A stretch of DNA of 64,000 nt from Zancudomyces culisetae HAW-14-8. Taxonomy: Eukaryota; Fungi; Kickxellomycota. The translations under genes were made by a program, and so were the position numbers. Below the pieces are notes generated by a model that was not told where the DNA came from, did no database searches, and saw only the letters and a program-made list of their open reading frames with translations. The stretch is from the NCBI GenBank assembly GCA_052426225.1, contig JBNJNM010000006.1:620001-684000 (forward strand). The letters are read 5' to 3'. Shown one piece after another: positions 13,254 through 26,478 of the stretch (position 1 is its first letter; each line of letters starts with the position of its first letter).

Positions 13254-13839
13254 TTATAGGTCGCCCACTTGGCTATGAAGTACTATTCGTAGATTCTCTT
13301 GCTCAATCTCCTTCATTTTGACAGCCCAGTTGTTTAGCAATGCTTGAGCCTTCTCAGTAGCCTCTCTCTTCAACTTGATGTCGTTTTCAACGTTTTCTAT
13401 GACCTAGTTTGTAAGGTATATTTTTCATTTAATAGTCAGCATCATAGTTAGTTAATACCAAAAATTGTTGAAAAAACATATACAACAAATAGAGGTGACA
13501 ACCTACTTTGGGATTTAAATATTCATGACTATCCTTAACTCTAGCAATATCTTTTAGCTCTTTTAATATGTTTGTTATCTGTAATACTGCCTTTTCGTAA
13601 TCTAAACAAAAGGGAATTTACAGATTAGTTTATCTTGTAATTTAAAAAAACAATTGTTTCCATCAATCCCTTCTCCTCATTTTTATAGTCATAACTAAAT
13701 ACGATAGTCTAGAAAGTAAAAGAAAAAGTTACGAATTACCCTTTGTATAAGATTGATTGACTGGATTTTCTACTTTATCAAAGCTAGTCGAAAGTACGGC
13801 TTCGAGCTTTGTATCCAACTCTTGTATTAGTTTATCCAT
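13254..13839 (-). CDS. Small helical protein (114 aa), Mediator subunit MED28-like; exons 13839-13740, 13601-13507, 13403-13254
   Basis: Not in the ORF track. Three exons with GT-AG introns splice in frame to MDKLIQELDTKLEAVLSTSF...DYEKAVLQITNILKELKDIAR...VIENVENDIKLKREATEKAQALLNNWAVKMKEIEQE. The pattern resembles MED28 ([35 protein letters not shown]). Confidence 0.65.
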
Positions 13840-16800
13840 AGCCTTGTTCTTATCTAGTAATACTGCTGTTTTATTTTAAAAATATTTCTAATTGTTTTGT
13901 GGTGATCTTGATTGTTGCAGGCAAATATTAATATACAAATGACACTTCTTTATATTTGTGCACAGGATGTAACGCGAATATATTTTAAAATACAAAGTGC
14001 CTTTATTTATTTATTTGGTATTTCTCTTAAAATCAATTTTAATACCTAGATTTAGCGTTTTGTAAAAGTTTTTTGCTTTACAACAACCTTGGCTGTTTCG
14101 TCACAAAAAAAAAAGAATTCAAAGAGAATATAGTAGTCAAAAATACAAAAGCATTCTTGTTATAGTTTGTTGCACTAACTAATTAACAATAAATATAAGA
14201 AAAAGCACTATATGATGGTGGTGTATTCAAAAAGTATTTACACGAAGAGCACAAAGCATAGTCATTCCGGCTAATATGTTGTCCAAAATAGAAACACAAT
14301 TGTGCAAAAGAAAAAAGAGCGAGATAAACGATATGCTTATCGTTTATGTAGAGTGCTGATCGTTTTTATTCGAGCAGAAAGAGGAGGGGGGGGTAGTTGG
14401 AGTAGAAGTAATCTGTCTTTTTCTCTAGGTGTATGAAATGTTGTGCGACAGACATTTGAAGGGTTTCTGTACTTGATGCTCCATCACAGTCTAGTATATC
14501 TGTAATATAAGAAACTTTTCATTCTGTACTATGGGGATATCTAGTCTGACCCTGAGGATGTTGTTTAGATACCTAGCTATCTACCCATTAATTTGTTTGC
14601 GTACTGGTTAATGAAGGTTAGGTGTGTGAATGTATGAGCTTTGAGTTGAAGTTCAAGCTGAGATCGAATCGGTCCTAACTAGGAAGATTTAGGCATAGCA
14701 AAACGCATTCGTTGCAGTTAATCCTTCTATTCTTTGAAGAAAATCGGGATAAAAAGGTACACATTAAGTAAATCTGTATTCATCATGGTTACTGTTTAAG
14801 ACCCTAGCACAGACGCCAGCTGGTCAATGGTATTTTAGCAATTTAAGGATAAGTTGTGAAATAGGTTATTTTTTTTACCATTACAGAATCCATTTACAGA
14901 AAAAAGTACATTATAGAACGTTGCATCAATTGTGAGTGTTTATTTTTAAAATAAATCTTTATGTGTTTACTCTATAAAAAAAACAAATGGTAAATCTCTC
15001 GGCGTTTACAATACAGATATTAAATCTATAAATGGAAAGAATCGTTAAACGTGTTACAACAGCAGAATCATTTGGTCCCTAATTACAAGTATGGGAATCA
15101 CAAGGTATAGTATCGCAACAGTCACTAGCTCACTTGATTAGTTTAGATGGTACAACTGTATTTCACAAATTACCATTTTATTCATATGTAGGTGATAAGA
15201 GTGAAAATATCAAAATTTATCATTATGTAATGGGTTCTGGATGTAACACAATTTGTAAAGTTGTTTTGTTTTTTCAAATTAAGTTTTATGCGGGTTATCA
15301 AAGTACATTAGAAATCGCAATATTTTGGATTTGGCTCGAAACCTAGTATAGGTCACTCATTTACTAAAATTGAAATGGTGAAAAAGGGTGGTGCTATATG
15401 AAACATGATAACCATTTTCAAATCTATTTATCCACGTCTTGAATAGGTGGAGGGAATAAACGGAAAGATTTTTATGATTGGTGTTGACTTGATCATTTTC
15501 ATTATTTCCGCCACAATATAATTTCTAAAATTTGCGTTAATCTCCTCTATATTTTTTTTTTGGGTGGAAAAGGATCAAAAGAAGAACAGCCCTATGATCT
15601 TACCAAACCATTTGTTATTTGGTCTGACTCAGCAGGGCGTTGAAGGGAAAGGGGAAGCAATATGTCGAGACATTAAAAGTATTGACAGTGAGATCAATAT
15701 AGGTTTCTCAAGAAAACATCTCTTAAAAAGAAGAGCGTCCAAAAAATGTGTGGGTATTGACAAAAACAAAAGCTAACTAACACAATAATAAGCAGATAGC
15801 CATTGACAAAAAATCTGGTGTTCATAAGTAATAGCAATACTTGAAAAAGTAAAGGACAGAGAAGAAAAAAAATAAAAGAAAAGCAGACAAAACAGTTGCG
15901 CCAGCTGGACTGTTGTCGCTATATTGTGCAGCAATGCAAACTCCAGCTCCTGCATCTTTCTTTGGATGTTCATGAACAAGTTAAAACATGATAAGGACTA
16001 CTCATTTCAAGTAGATTCCCTATCCGTATTTTGAGTAACTTTTATCTTAGCACAAGTGGGGCGTAAAATATGTGTAGTTTGGGTAAGTGATGTAGTACGG
16101 TGACAACATGAACAAGGCGATTTGCTATTTTTTGGTGTAAATGGGGATACCAAAATTATCGCACCAATTGACATTAAAAGTGTGTGGTAGAGGCAATTCA
16201 AGGTAAATTCCCTTTGCTTGTTAACGCAGTTAGGTGTAAACTAAGGTTGTGAGTTTGCTAATCAAGATAAGTGTCGAACTAGATTGTAAAGTGAGTTAAG
16301 AAAAGCTCTACTAGTGATATATTATAGCTCAAGCTATGATAAACTCACAGATATTAATAACGGTTTTAATACCCCAATAATAGCATAGTGTTATCAGTTA
16401 AACATATCAGCGCTTAGATAGCCTTTCCGGTGGCTAGACCAAACAAAATGTCAAGTATAGGAAGGGGGAAGTTAGGTAAGTGAGCGAACAAAATGTCTGT
16501 TTATAGGTAGATAGCAATCTAGGAATCTAAGAATCTTGAATACCACATGCTAAGCTTTAAATCCGATAAAGCTTAATGCGACCTTTCACATTTTGATTGC
16601 CCAACCTTTGTTGTTTAAATCTTGCTACCAATCAGGTAAAAGCCAAATACAAATCTTGAATATCTAATCCATGTAATTATTAATAATGCAAGTTAAATTA
16701 TAGGTCAGATAGTTTAAAAATACTCACAGGTTTTATTTTATATTTATGCTAACCCTATATAAACACAGGAAATAAACGAGGTTTTATCAATTAGCTAAGT

Positions 16801-18972
16801 AATAAGCGATTTAAAACTGCTAGCTCAGCTTTAAAATTCGCGAACTTCTGTATAATTCAGTTATAAATAAGGGCAATTACAAATTAGCATAATTAACATT
16901 CTATCTTTGCTGGCAAGTAATTATATTTCGGGTGGTGGTTAATGTTTCTTATTTACTTTTTTGTCTACTTACACCACCCGATACTTAGTAATTCAACTAA
17001 CCATTACTAATAGCTGTAAGACTATTCATGCCAAAACAAAAAAAAGTCAGAGCTGAACAAGAGATTGATAATGAAGACGGAAGAATTAGTGAGAGTAAGC
17101 GAACGGGAGGATCCAGGGGTAGCTTTTCTATTATTGTCAAGCAATGGGTTTTTTCTCCTTTATCCCAAGTGTCTTACATAATATGATACCGCTAGGAACC
17201 GGCGCGTTCCACAGTTTTGACCATGTTATTGCTGTCTGTTGGCCTTGAATGCTTTCATACAACTGAGAAGGCATATTTCATAAAGCGGGTAAAATGCTCG
17301 ATAGAAAAAGGGGGACAACATCATCAATCTGTCCCTGCATCATCCCCCCCATCCAAAATAGTAGTAACTACCCAAACTAATTTGGGTTTTATGGAAAACA
17401 AATGTGGGAAACACTTTTCTTATTTTTATGCCTTTCTGGTAAATATTCTCGGACTTTTTCCCTTTTCTTTTTGTAGATGGATTTTAGACATGGGTGGGGG
17501 CAGGAAATGCCTGAAAAATGAAATTCAACCTAATTCTCCAGACCCCTTTAGGGTATATTTCACGCTGGATATTTTGCCTATTCAAATTATAAGGGCGGTA
17601 ATATGAACAAAAATGGGAGTAACACGGAAGCAGGAGCAAAAAAAAAAAAAGAAAACACAAAGCTTGACATTAGTGGTGCCCTGTTTTGGGTAAACTACAA
17701 TGGTTTCACCAATGAGATGCTCAGGATCCAAAATAACTGATAAATAAGTAGAATTGAGAATAATAAAAAAAAATGTTGGGACTTACTGGGTGAATGCGCA
17801 GGGGGGGGGTAAGAGGAATAATGAGGCAACGCACGCAGGATTTGTTATTGCTCTGAATTCCATTAACAGCAAATAGACATAAATAAATTGATTTTTAATT
17901 AGGAAATATTATGTTTTTGATTTACAACATTCAAGTAAAATAAATCGATTTTATAAACTCAATTGGCCAATAGTGTATACGGCAAATATAATACCGCAAT
18001 AATACTTGTAGACGTAGAAAATATATATTCCTGAATTATCAAATATATTAAAATTAAACGAATAAAAATTATGCATTACTAATATTAAAAATACATAAAA
18101 TTTGTGGTGATACAAAATCAAATGATTTAAAATAAAATTAACGTAAAGTCATGTAGATAATTAAAAATCAAGCTGCCAGCACTCGAACTGGTGAATTTGA
18201 TAGTCAACTTGATTGCACTAAAGAGTACGATTCAAAAAAAAACAGCATCAACTATTGGAATTTGCAACCGCAAAAATTCCGCGGATATTAAACACTGAGT
18301 ATTATGTACAATTTTTGTAATCACATTCGTTTATATTTTTATGCTTGTAGTTAACTATAAAGTACCCAATAAATCAGTCAAATAGAAATTCAGAATTCAT
18401 TTTTACACTATTAATTTGATAAATGGGAAATTAAAGTACTAATAAGAAACTATATTTCTGTATATTTGGAACAAGATGCTTCCTCGATTTATATAAAAAC
18501 TAATGCGCTTCCGCGTTCAAACGGTTTTTTTACGAATTTTATTCTTATTTTTTGTATAACACAGTGAGCTTAGAAGATCTGTTGTCGTATCTGTTCCTTC
18601 AGGCTTGTCAATAAACCAGATAGGATCAACTTGTATAATATTTGCTTTTAGCAGGCTCTGTATATATTGTATAGAAAATATAGTCCTTTTGGATTTTGTA
18701 AAGTTTTAATCACAAAAAGATTAGTTGTTCGCTACCGATTTTATTTTCTAACGCGCTAATAAAGCAGCTCTTGGTAGATTTTCTTCTTAATAGGACAAGT
18801 GTTTTATAGGTTGATCTTTCCCTCCCCCCCTTACCTCAATCCATCTTAACAAAGACGATTCTTTATTCTCTCAAGCATAAGCAAGGAATTGTATATAATT
18901 CAGATATACTCTACGCCCGGTGAAGATATTTAACTAAAGTCTTGTATATAAAAGTCATAACCAATACTAAAA

Positions 18973-20558
18973 ATGATCAAGCAAGAGTAAGTTATTTATA
19001 TCCTGAAAGGATGTATTTTCCGTTTAAAAAGAGTAGTGGCGATGAATAGTGGCGTTGTAGACTAGATTATTGCTAGATACGAGAAAAAATATTAAGATTC
19101 TTTGATACTGATTACACATACAAACAGTTTCTTATTTCCTTTTTGCTGTTTTTTAAAAAAAATAGACTGTACAAAGGAACCGAGGGTTCAACTGTTGATT
19201 GCAACGTATATGAAGATGATTTTTATTACCCCAGAAACGTGGAGGAGAACTTTTGCAAGGATTTCTCGTGCTGTGGTCTCACACTGGCAGATTTGCACGA
19301 TCTTCTACAGCACTACGAGGAATGCCACGTAAGGTTCGAAGAAGATAACCGCACTACAAACACACCAACATCATCTCTATTCAATGAATCATGGAACGAT
19401 ACGACATCATGTTTTCTGTCTGGCGCTGATGTGCCTATTTCATTTTCTCTTTCTGAAACAGCCGACTTTTTGTCGCCTACTACCACTGTCAACAATAGTA
19501 ACGACCTTCTAAACTGTGTTTTGGATAAAAAGGTAACCAATGTTGACGTCTTGCACACAGATGGCGCGCTTACACCAAAATCTAAAGCTATCGCATCTCA
19601 ACAAGAAGCTAACGATGTAGAAAAACAGGCCACCAAACTTAAAGCATTTTTTGATACGCTTTCATCATCACTATCTGCAGAAAACGTTGTCAAGAAGGGA
19701 ACATTTACTGAAAAGCTAATGTCAGATGGCATGGAATTTCTTTTCCCAGCCATCTCTGAAAACACCCCACCACTCAGCCCATCGCTGACAACTACTGCAC
19801 CATCCCTTATAAACTCACCAACCGAAGGTCCTCTAATCTTCGAACCACTCATGCTTGGAAATAAACGAAGGATGAATGACTTCCCAGAGGATGCTTCTTT
19901 TAAGAAAACTAAATTTGATACACATCAGGGTCTTGGTAGATCTTTGAGCACATTCCCAGGCAATGGTACTTTTGGCAGTACATTCGCCTCTACCGCCCTG
20001 TCTCTGTATGACGATGATATTATTTCTGCTCTAACTAGTTCTACTGATCCTTTGTTCCTCGTCAAAGACAACAAAACCACATGTGACGTTAAGTTGGCTT
20101 CAACCAACGTACAAGAGGCTGAAACTGAATCAGAAGGCGAGGAAGCTGATGCTGAGACGCCAAAGACACTCGCAAAGTCAAAGAGTTCAAGAGAGCTTAC
20201 ATCGGTTGCTGCAGGATTTGCTTCAGCACTAGCAAACGCTCGTTCCTTTGATCTGAAACGACTGGCCAACCGCGCACCAAAAGAAGACAAACCATTCAAA
20301 TGTCTTGTTCCTGGCTGTGATAAATCTTACAAGAACCCCAATGGATTAAAGTACCACAGTTTGCATGGGCATTGTATGGATGACCCAGACGCACCAGCAA
20401 AACCATTCAAGTGTCTTGTGCCTGGTTGTATGAGAACCTACAAAAACCTAAACGGTCTGAAATATCATATAATCCATACCCATGCTGTGGGCACAGAAAA
20501 CTTTTTGGATTTTGAAGATGAGCAAGGTGATGGACTGGCTGTAGAACCAGTTGCCTAA
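18973..20558 (+). CDS. SFP1: Sfp1-type C2H2 zinc-finger transcription factor; exons 18973-18986, 19166-20558
   Basis: N-terminal FCKDFSCCGLTLADLHDLLQHYEECH plus KPFKCLVPGCDKSYKNPNGLKYH and KPFKC..YKNLNGLKYH, diagnostic of Sfp1/JAZF1. The micro-exon ATGATCAAGCAAGA|gtaagt is in phase. Confidence 0.92.
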
Positions 20559-20873
20559 ATCCCAGTTTGTCGTTTGTGGTTTCCACTCTCCTTGTTGATA
20601 TATATGTAACCTAGATTTTGCGCCTAATCTTCCTCACTCGTTTACTTTTTCTTTTGACTTGATTTTTATTTGCTTTATTGTTTCTCATGCTTTATAAAAA
20701 AAGTGATATTCTGTATATCGGCGGCTGTGTATGATTTCGTTGAACTTTGTTTGGAGTTTCTGCCATTTCGTTTTTTTGATAGTGGGTTACAAGCTGGCAT
20801 CAGAAACACAGGGATGAGGGATGAAGGATTTGAAAAAAAACTTTAAAGTGAACCCTAGTCGCTAATAAGCAAC

Positions 20874-20952
20874 TTTTCTTTTCTTTTCTTTTCTTTTCTT
20901 TCTTTCTTTCTTTCTTTTTTTGATTTCTTTGATTTCTTTGATTTCTTTGATT
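20874..20952. repeat. Compound microsatellite (TTTTC)n/(TTTC)n/(GATTTCTTT)n
   Basis: Read directly, just upstream of the release-factor ATG. Confidence 0.85.
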
Positions 20953-20981
20953 CAAAATTGACCTTTTATACTAACAAAGAT

Positions 20982-21734
20982 ATGCTAAGTCACTTCAAAG
21001 CTTCTTTTTTTAACTCAACCAAGCTCCTTCTCGTTGCTCAACGACATTATAAATTTAATGCTTTGTATCCTTCGAAAGTTAAAGCGAATTTAAAAACTCG
21101 CTGTCCGAAACGAACAATTTCTGACTACCGAAATGATATCCCCAATAATGAACAAAAAAGCACAGATCAGAATTGCACACAGAGTGAGGTCTATAAAGAC
21201 GACGGTTTACTAGAGCTCTCCGAAGCAGTAATTGAGAATGAAGATACGGATTTTCAGGATAACACACTAGAACCTACAGAGAATTCCAACACACTGGCAG
21301 CGAAAATATACAATACCTCCTGGTATCAAGCCCTAATAGCCAGATCAAAATCTCAGTTAGAGAACAATCAAAGAATTAAAATAATTATTGAGGACTCTGA
21401 ATTAAAAGAAAAGTTTACCAGAGGTTCAGGAAATGGTGGTCAAAAGGTGAACAAAACGAACAACTGTGTGAATCTGTTGCATATTCCAACAGGTGTTGTT
21501 GTACAATCACACAAAACCAGATCTCTGGATAAAAACAGGCAGTTTGCACGCAAACTGCTTATCGAAAAACTTGATGGCCTAGTTAATAAACAAAACTCGA
21601 AAAAAAGCAAAAAAATTGAAAAACATGTCAAGAAAAAGAAAAAGCAACAACAAAAAAAACAAAAGAAATATCGTCTTTTGGCGGAACTAGCTGGAAAAAG
21701 TACCGAGGAAACCTCACATCACGACGGAATATAG
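20982..21734 (+). CDS. Mitochondrial peptidyl-tRNA hydrolase / release factor, C12orf65 (MTRFR)/Pth3-like
   Basis: RF-1 domain ELKEKFTRGSGNGGQKVNKTNNCVNLLHIPTG..TRSLDKNR, a basic C-terminal tail and a presequence-like N-terminus. No codon-recognition domain. Confidence 0.85.
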   Translation: MLSHFKASFFNSTKLLLVAQRHYKFNALYPSKVKANLKTRCPKRTISDYRNDIPNNEQKSTDQNCTQSEVYKDDGLLELSEAVIENEDTDFQDNTLEPTENSNTLAAKIYNTSWYQALIARSKSQLENNQRIKIIIEDSELKEKFTRGSGNGGQKVNKTNNCVNLLHIPTGVVVQSHKTRSLDKNRQFARKLLIEKLDGLVNKQNSKKSKKIEKHVKKKKKQQQKKQKKYRLLAELAGKSTEETSHHDGI

Positions 21735-22728
21735 CTACTTAAAAAAATATAGACATCGAGTATATCCCTTGAACAGCTCAAGCGTTGGTGTCATGTTTAG
21801 GACGATGGTTATCATTTAGAAAAATTGAACCACAGGTATGCATTTAAGGTGCACATTTTGTTTGTCACTTGAATTGTACATTAGATGAAAGTGGGGTGTT
21901 ATCTGTTTCCCCCCTTACCCTACATCTTTTTGGAACAGAACAATGATAAATCTTTCACCCCACCACCTATACACTGCTCCTCACTTTTGTTTTTCATACT
22001 CCTACTACATTTTTCATCTTCATGTGTATCATCAGTAGCCAGTGTAAGAATAATAAGCTGTATAATGTCATATTTATATGCGTTCGTTTGGTACAAAAAC
22101 CGGTGTGTTTGAAGAAATACATCTGTTTTTCTATCATTATAGGAATATATTGGCTCGTATGTCAACAAAAAGTAGTACCGGAATGCACAGTTTACATAAT
22201 ACTCTTGTTGGTATAGTCGTTTCTTTTTTTAGTCCTAGCTCTAAATATTTACATTAGTATATCACAATTTACAAAAGGAAATAGTAGGAAATGGGGATAG
22301 ATAAAATCAAATTTCAGAAAAACCAACTCAAATCGAACGATGAGTAATACTTGATACACCATCCTAGTCATCAATGGCTGTTATTAAATACACACGAAGG
22401 ATGATGAAAACAAAACGCATCTACACGTCACCTGTATTGTCTGAAATCGCAATACACTGTTGCATGGTCGATCAACTATCCACGTGTTCGATTTTATAGG
22501 AATAGCATATATGGCGTGAGTGTGCTAGATTAACCTTGATTAAATAAACATGATACCAATGTCCACCAAACGTCAGCTTTATATCTATAATATCAAAATG
22601 CTGCCATAAACAATACGGAAATTTGCTAATCCTCTTTTTTCTTGACTTTTTATTTTATTACTCTTTTCATGAGTTGTAAAAGAGATAAATTAAACAGAGA
22701 ATTTTTCTTTTGTGAGAAAAGCAGAAAT

Positions 22729-23070
22729 CTAAACACCATATCTAAATTCATATGATTTCTTTGCATAATAGCCAGAAGTGACCAACGCCAAGGTGCAGAG
22801 TGTAGCTGGGACATATTTTCTCTTGGTGCTATTTGCCTCTGGTTTCTTCAACAGTTTGGGAGTCATTGCAGAGAGTAGAACAATTGAAGTACCTAAAGCC
22901 AAATCAAATCCTCTGACGTTCGCTTTTTTAATTTCCATTGCAGATAGGCCGTACACTGCTCCAAAGATCGAACCTGCTATCAATGATGCTACTGATTTAC
23001 CCTTTACATATCCTACAAGTCCTCCTGTAAATAGGATACCCGACATTGACATAGCTATATGTTCAGCCAT
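22729..23070 (-). CDS. TMEM14 family small membrane protein
   Basis: GGLVGYVKGKSVASLIAGSIFG motif, 3-4 hydrophobic segments and C-terminal YYAKK..FRYGV. Confidence 0.88.
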   Translation of the reverse strand: MAEHIAMSMSGILFTGGLVGYVKGKSVASLIAGSIFGAVYGLSAMEIKKANVRGFDLALGTSIVLLSAMTPKLLKKPEANSTKRKYVPATLCTLALVTSGYYAKKSYEFRYGV

Positions 23071-23722
23071 TTTGTTTTTTTTCGTACTTTCTTTTTGTTT
23101 TTTTAAATTTATTATTTACTCTTGACAAAAGAAGAAAAGGATATTTGGAAAACCCTGATATGAAAAATAACAAATTAATTAATATAGCGATTTTTTTGCC
23201 TCCCTTTTATTTATTCCCATCATGAAATATATGAGTTTGGATCAGCGAAATGCCAAATTGGAAAATGTGAAATAAACTCACATTATTAGGCCCAGATTAT
23301 ACATGGAAAATAAATGGTTGCTGAGGAAAGCACCAACTCAACTAAGAACCACTGAAAACAAGAATGTCGACAGGGGGCGAAGGTGCCATAAAAACAATTG
23401 GTATTTCTCTCAAGTAATATCAAAGTTTACTCTACCATTAATTACCGGATTCATTTCCGGCTGGAATGGTTGGGCAAATAAAAGTAAATAAATCAATAGG
23501 GGTATGCGCTAATTGCTTGTTTTTATTTTGTTTTTGGATTAGTTCTGCATGATTCGGCATTAATATTGTTGTGTTTGTACATTATTTAATTTTTTCATTG
23601 CAAAAAAAAAAGTTATAGTATTAAAAACACGAAATCATTAACGTCCTTAAAACATTTGTTATGATTACAAAATAAAACTTTGCCAAAACATAGTGTATCA
23701 TTAAGAGAAAAATAGCAACAAA

Positions 23723-25407
23723 ATGCAGGAATCAAAACCCGAAATCTTGAACGTTGATCCAGGCAAACAAAGGGCTAAAGATGAAATGCCCACAAGCATT
23801 GGCGAGCTAACAGAAGATCAGAAAGCGATATTACCAGTAATCCAGAAGGATATTGAACTAGGGACAAGGGCATTTGCTCTAAAACAATATGAATTGGCAA
23901 TAGATCATTTCAGTCATCTTTCCGAACTGACGTAAGTAGGCACCAATTTATTACTTACTTTTTAAAGCTAAAAGAACCCACAGTAATGTGCAAAATAAAA
24001 TATAAACAAGCGATTCATATTAAACAGTGGTTGAAATGTTGGATATAGGGAACAATCGTTTGGTTCTGACTCGCAAAGATATGCCGACTCGCTGATTTTA
24101 TATGGAAGGGCGTTGTTGCAAAATGCGATAGCACAGAATGAAATCATGGCCCAACAGGCTCTGTCAGGCGAAAATGATGGAAAAGGTAGAGTTATATAAG
24201 AATAAACTTCTCAAGAGTTTGCACGTTACAATCAAATTTATACCTAAAAATAGAGGAAAATAGCGAGGCTATCAGCAATCCAAATCTTCATTTTAACGCA
24301 GAACCCGACTTTCAAAGTCTTGAACAGAGTGGTACCGAAGATGAGCAAGGAAAAAAGGAGCTGAGCGAATTTGAAGAATTCAACAGTTTTGTATTCAAAG
24401 TAGGCTCTTCCTCCAAAAGCGCAGCAAGCGGTCAGGACCAACATGTAGCTACAACATCCTCCAGCTCAGGGGCAGCTTTTACAAAGGCCTATAACGAAAC
24501 CCTTTTAAACAACGGCGATGCGAGAGCACTGAAAGAGTCGGAGGGTGAAAAAGAAGAGGAAAGTGGCGAGGAGGGAGAAAGGGAAGAGGAAGGGGAAGAG
24601 GAAGAGGAAGGAGAAGGAGAGGATGAAAGTTCGGATTTCCAGACAGCCTGGCAAGTCCTAGATCTAGCTAGGGTGATCCAATCAAAGGACGAAACGCCTA
24701 AGGGACAACTCAAGATGGCAGAGACATTACTCTTATTGGGTGAGGTTTCTATGGAATCAGGTAACTTTTCGCAGGCAGCTCAGGATTTCAAGACGTCGTT
24801 AGCTGTTAAAGAGAAGCACTTGAGTCCGGATGACAGACAACTTGCAGAAGTGTCATTCAATCTAGCGCTCTCTTTGGAGTATAATCAACAAAAATCGGAT
24901 GCACTCAAACAACTTGAAAAGGTCAAAGATATTTTGAAGCTCAGAATAGCCAACCTAGAGCAGAAAAACGATCCGGAACTGGATTCTGTAAAGCCCCTGC
25001 TGGCTGAGATTGAAGAGAAAGCCAATGATTTATCTCAAGAACTTGCCCAAGAAACTAAAGACTCAAAACAGGGTCCTCTTTCTGACCTGCAAAAGGAGCT
25101 GCACGATTCCACAGTAAAGTTTATTAGCGAAACTGTGAACACAGAAAACATCAACGATCTGACCAGTTTGGTGCGTTCCAAGAAAAGCAATAAGACTGGT
25201 GTTGTGGCCTCTTCTTCAAGTATTCCATCCACAGCAGCAGTAAATGGTAACCTAAAGCCTACAGGTGTGTCTGATGGTGAGAGAAGTAGTGATTCTAAAA
25301 GGAAAATCGAAGCCGAAGATGAGCAAACGCACAATAATGCCACAGATAAATCCTCACATCAGGAGAATCAAACCAAACGACCAAGAGTTGAAGATATTTA
25401 CGAATAA
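23723..25407 (+). CDS. NASP/Sim3/Hif1 histone chaperone (SHNi-TPR); exons 23723-23931, 24049-24185, 24254-25407
   Basis: TPR motifs (LYGRALLQNA), an acidic insertion, DFQTAWQVLDLAR, LLLGEVSMESGNFSQA..DF..L, INDLTSLVRSKK and a C-terminal NLS (TKRPR). Confidence 0.9.
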
Positions 25408-25869
25408 CCAATTACTTTTATTTCCGATTATCCTTCGAGAAGGGGGAGGGGAGAAAGAGACAGAAAGGGAGAGATGGTGGCTATATATTATTTTTTTGCA
25501 AGCTGTATCTGATTTAGGCAGCTTTTAATTTTTACTCTTGGATTTTGTTATATTTACTTGTTTTGGTTATTAGCAGTTATTGTTTTTGTTTTTGTTTATG
25601 TACAACTAATTTTGATAAAAAGTATACACAAAGATACAAGTATGAGAACAAAGATCTTATATTTTACGCAAAAATGTACTCATCCACATTATCCAAGCGT
25701 GAAGATTTTTACTGGTCTTAACTATTGCATAAGTAGGTTTACAATTGATTTTAATATTGTTGTTGATATAGATATATATGTTTGAGTGTGTTTTATTTTA
25801 CGGAAAAAACCACTAGATGATTAAAAAAAACAAAAGTGGTTAAAATGTATAAGTCCAAGCCGAATCAAT

Positions 25870-26478
25870 TTAAGAAGAAAATTTTGCTACAGTGTTGGCA
25901 AAATATTCGGCTTGCTTATAAGCTGTTTCCAACTCAGACTCGGTTGGAGTTCTTGAACCATCTAGGCCTGCGAATGTACCAGCACCATATGCTGAGCCAC
26001 CAACAATCTGTCCCATATTGGAGTTTGCTTTATTTGGACCCAATGGAACATAAATCATACCGAGGTGGGATGCGTTGATTATGTATGACAGTGGTACTGT
26101 TTCCATACCACCTCCCTGAGATCCAGAGCTAAAAAATACGGTGCTCATCTTGCCCACCAATGCGCCACTGAGCCACAGTTGTCCCAAAGAATCAATAAAC
26201 GTCTTTACTTGAGCTGGAAGTGTGCCAAATCTTGAGGGAATACCGAACATATACGCATCAGCCTTTGCCATTTCATCAGGAGTGTATACTGGAACGGACT
26301 CGTCCTTTGGTGGAGCATGAAGTTTTTCCAAGATGTCACTAGGCAGTGTTTCGCGGAACTGGTATAGCTTTACCTCGACTTTTCCGGTACTTTCTAATCC
26401 CTTAACAGCCCTTTGAGCTAAGGACTTGATATGTCCGTACATTGAATAGTATACTACGTGTACAACTGGGCGACGCAT
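25870..26478 (-). CDS. Flavodoxin-like NAD(P)H:quinone oxidoreductase (WrbA/Pst2/Ycp4 family)
   Basis: VYYSMYGHI (FMN loop), FGIPSRFG, LW..GALVGK, GGSAYGAGTFAG.DGSR.P..ELE. Confidence 0.93.
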   Translation of the reverse strand: MRRPVVHVVYYSMYGHIKSLAQRAVKGLESTGKVEVKLYQFRETLPSDILEKLHAPPKDESVPVYTPDEMAKADAYMFGIPSRFGTLPAQVKTFIDSLGQLWLSGALVGKMSTVFFSSGSQGGGMETVPLSYIINASHLGMIYVPLGPNKANSNMGQIVGGSAYGAGTFAGLDGSRTPTESELETAYKQAEYFANTVAKFSS

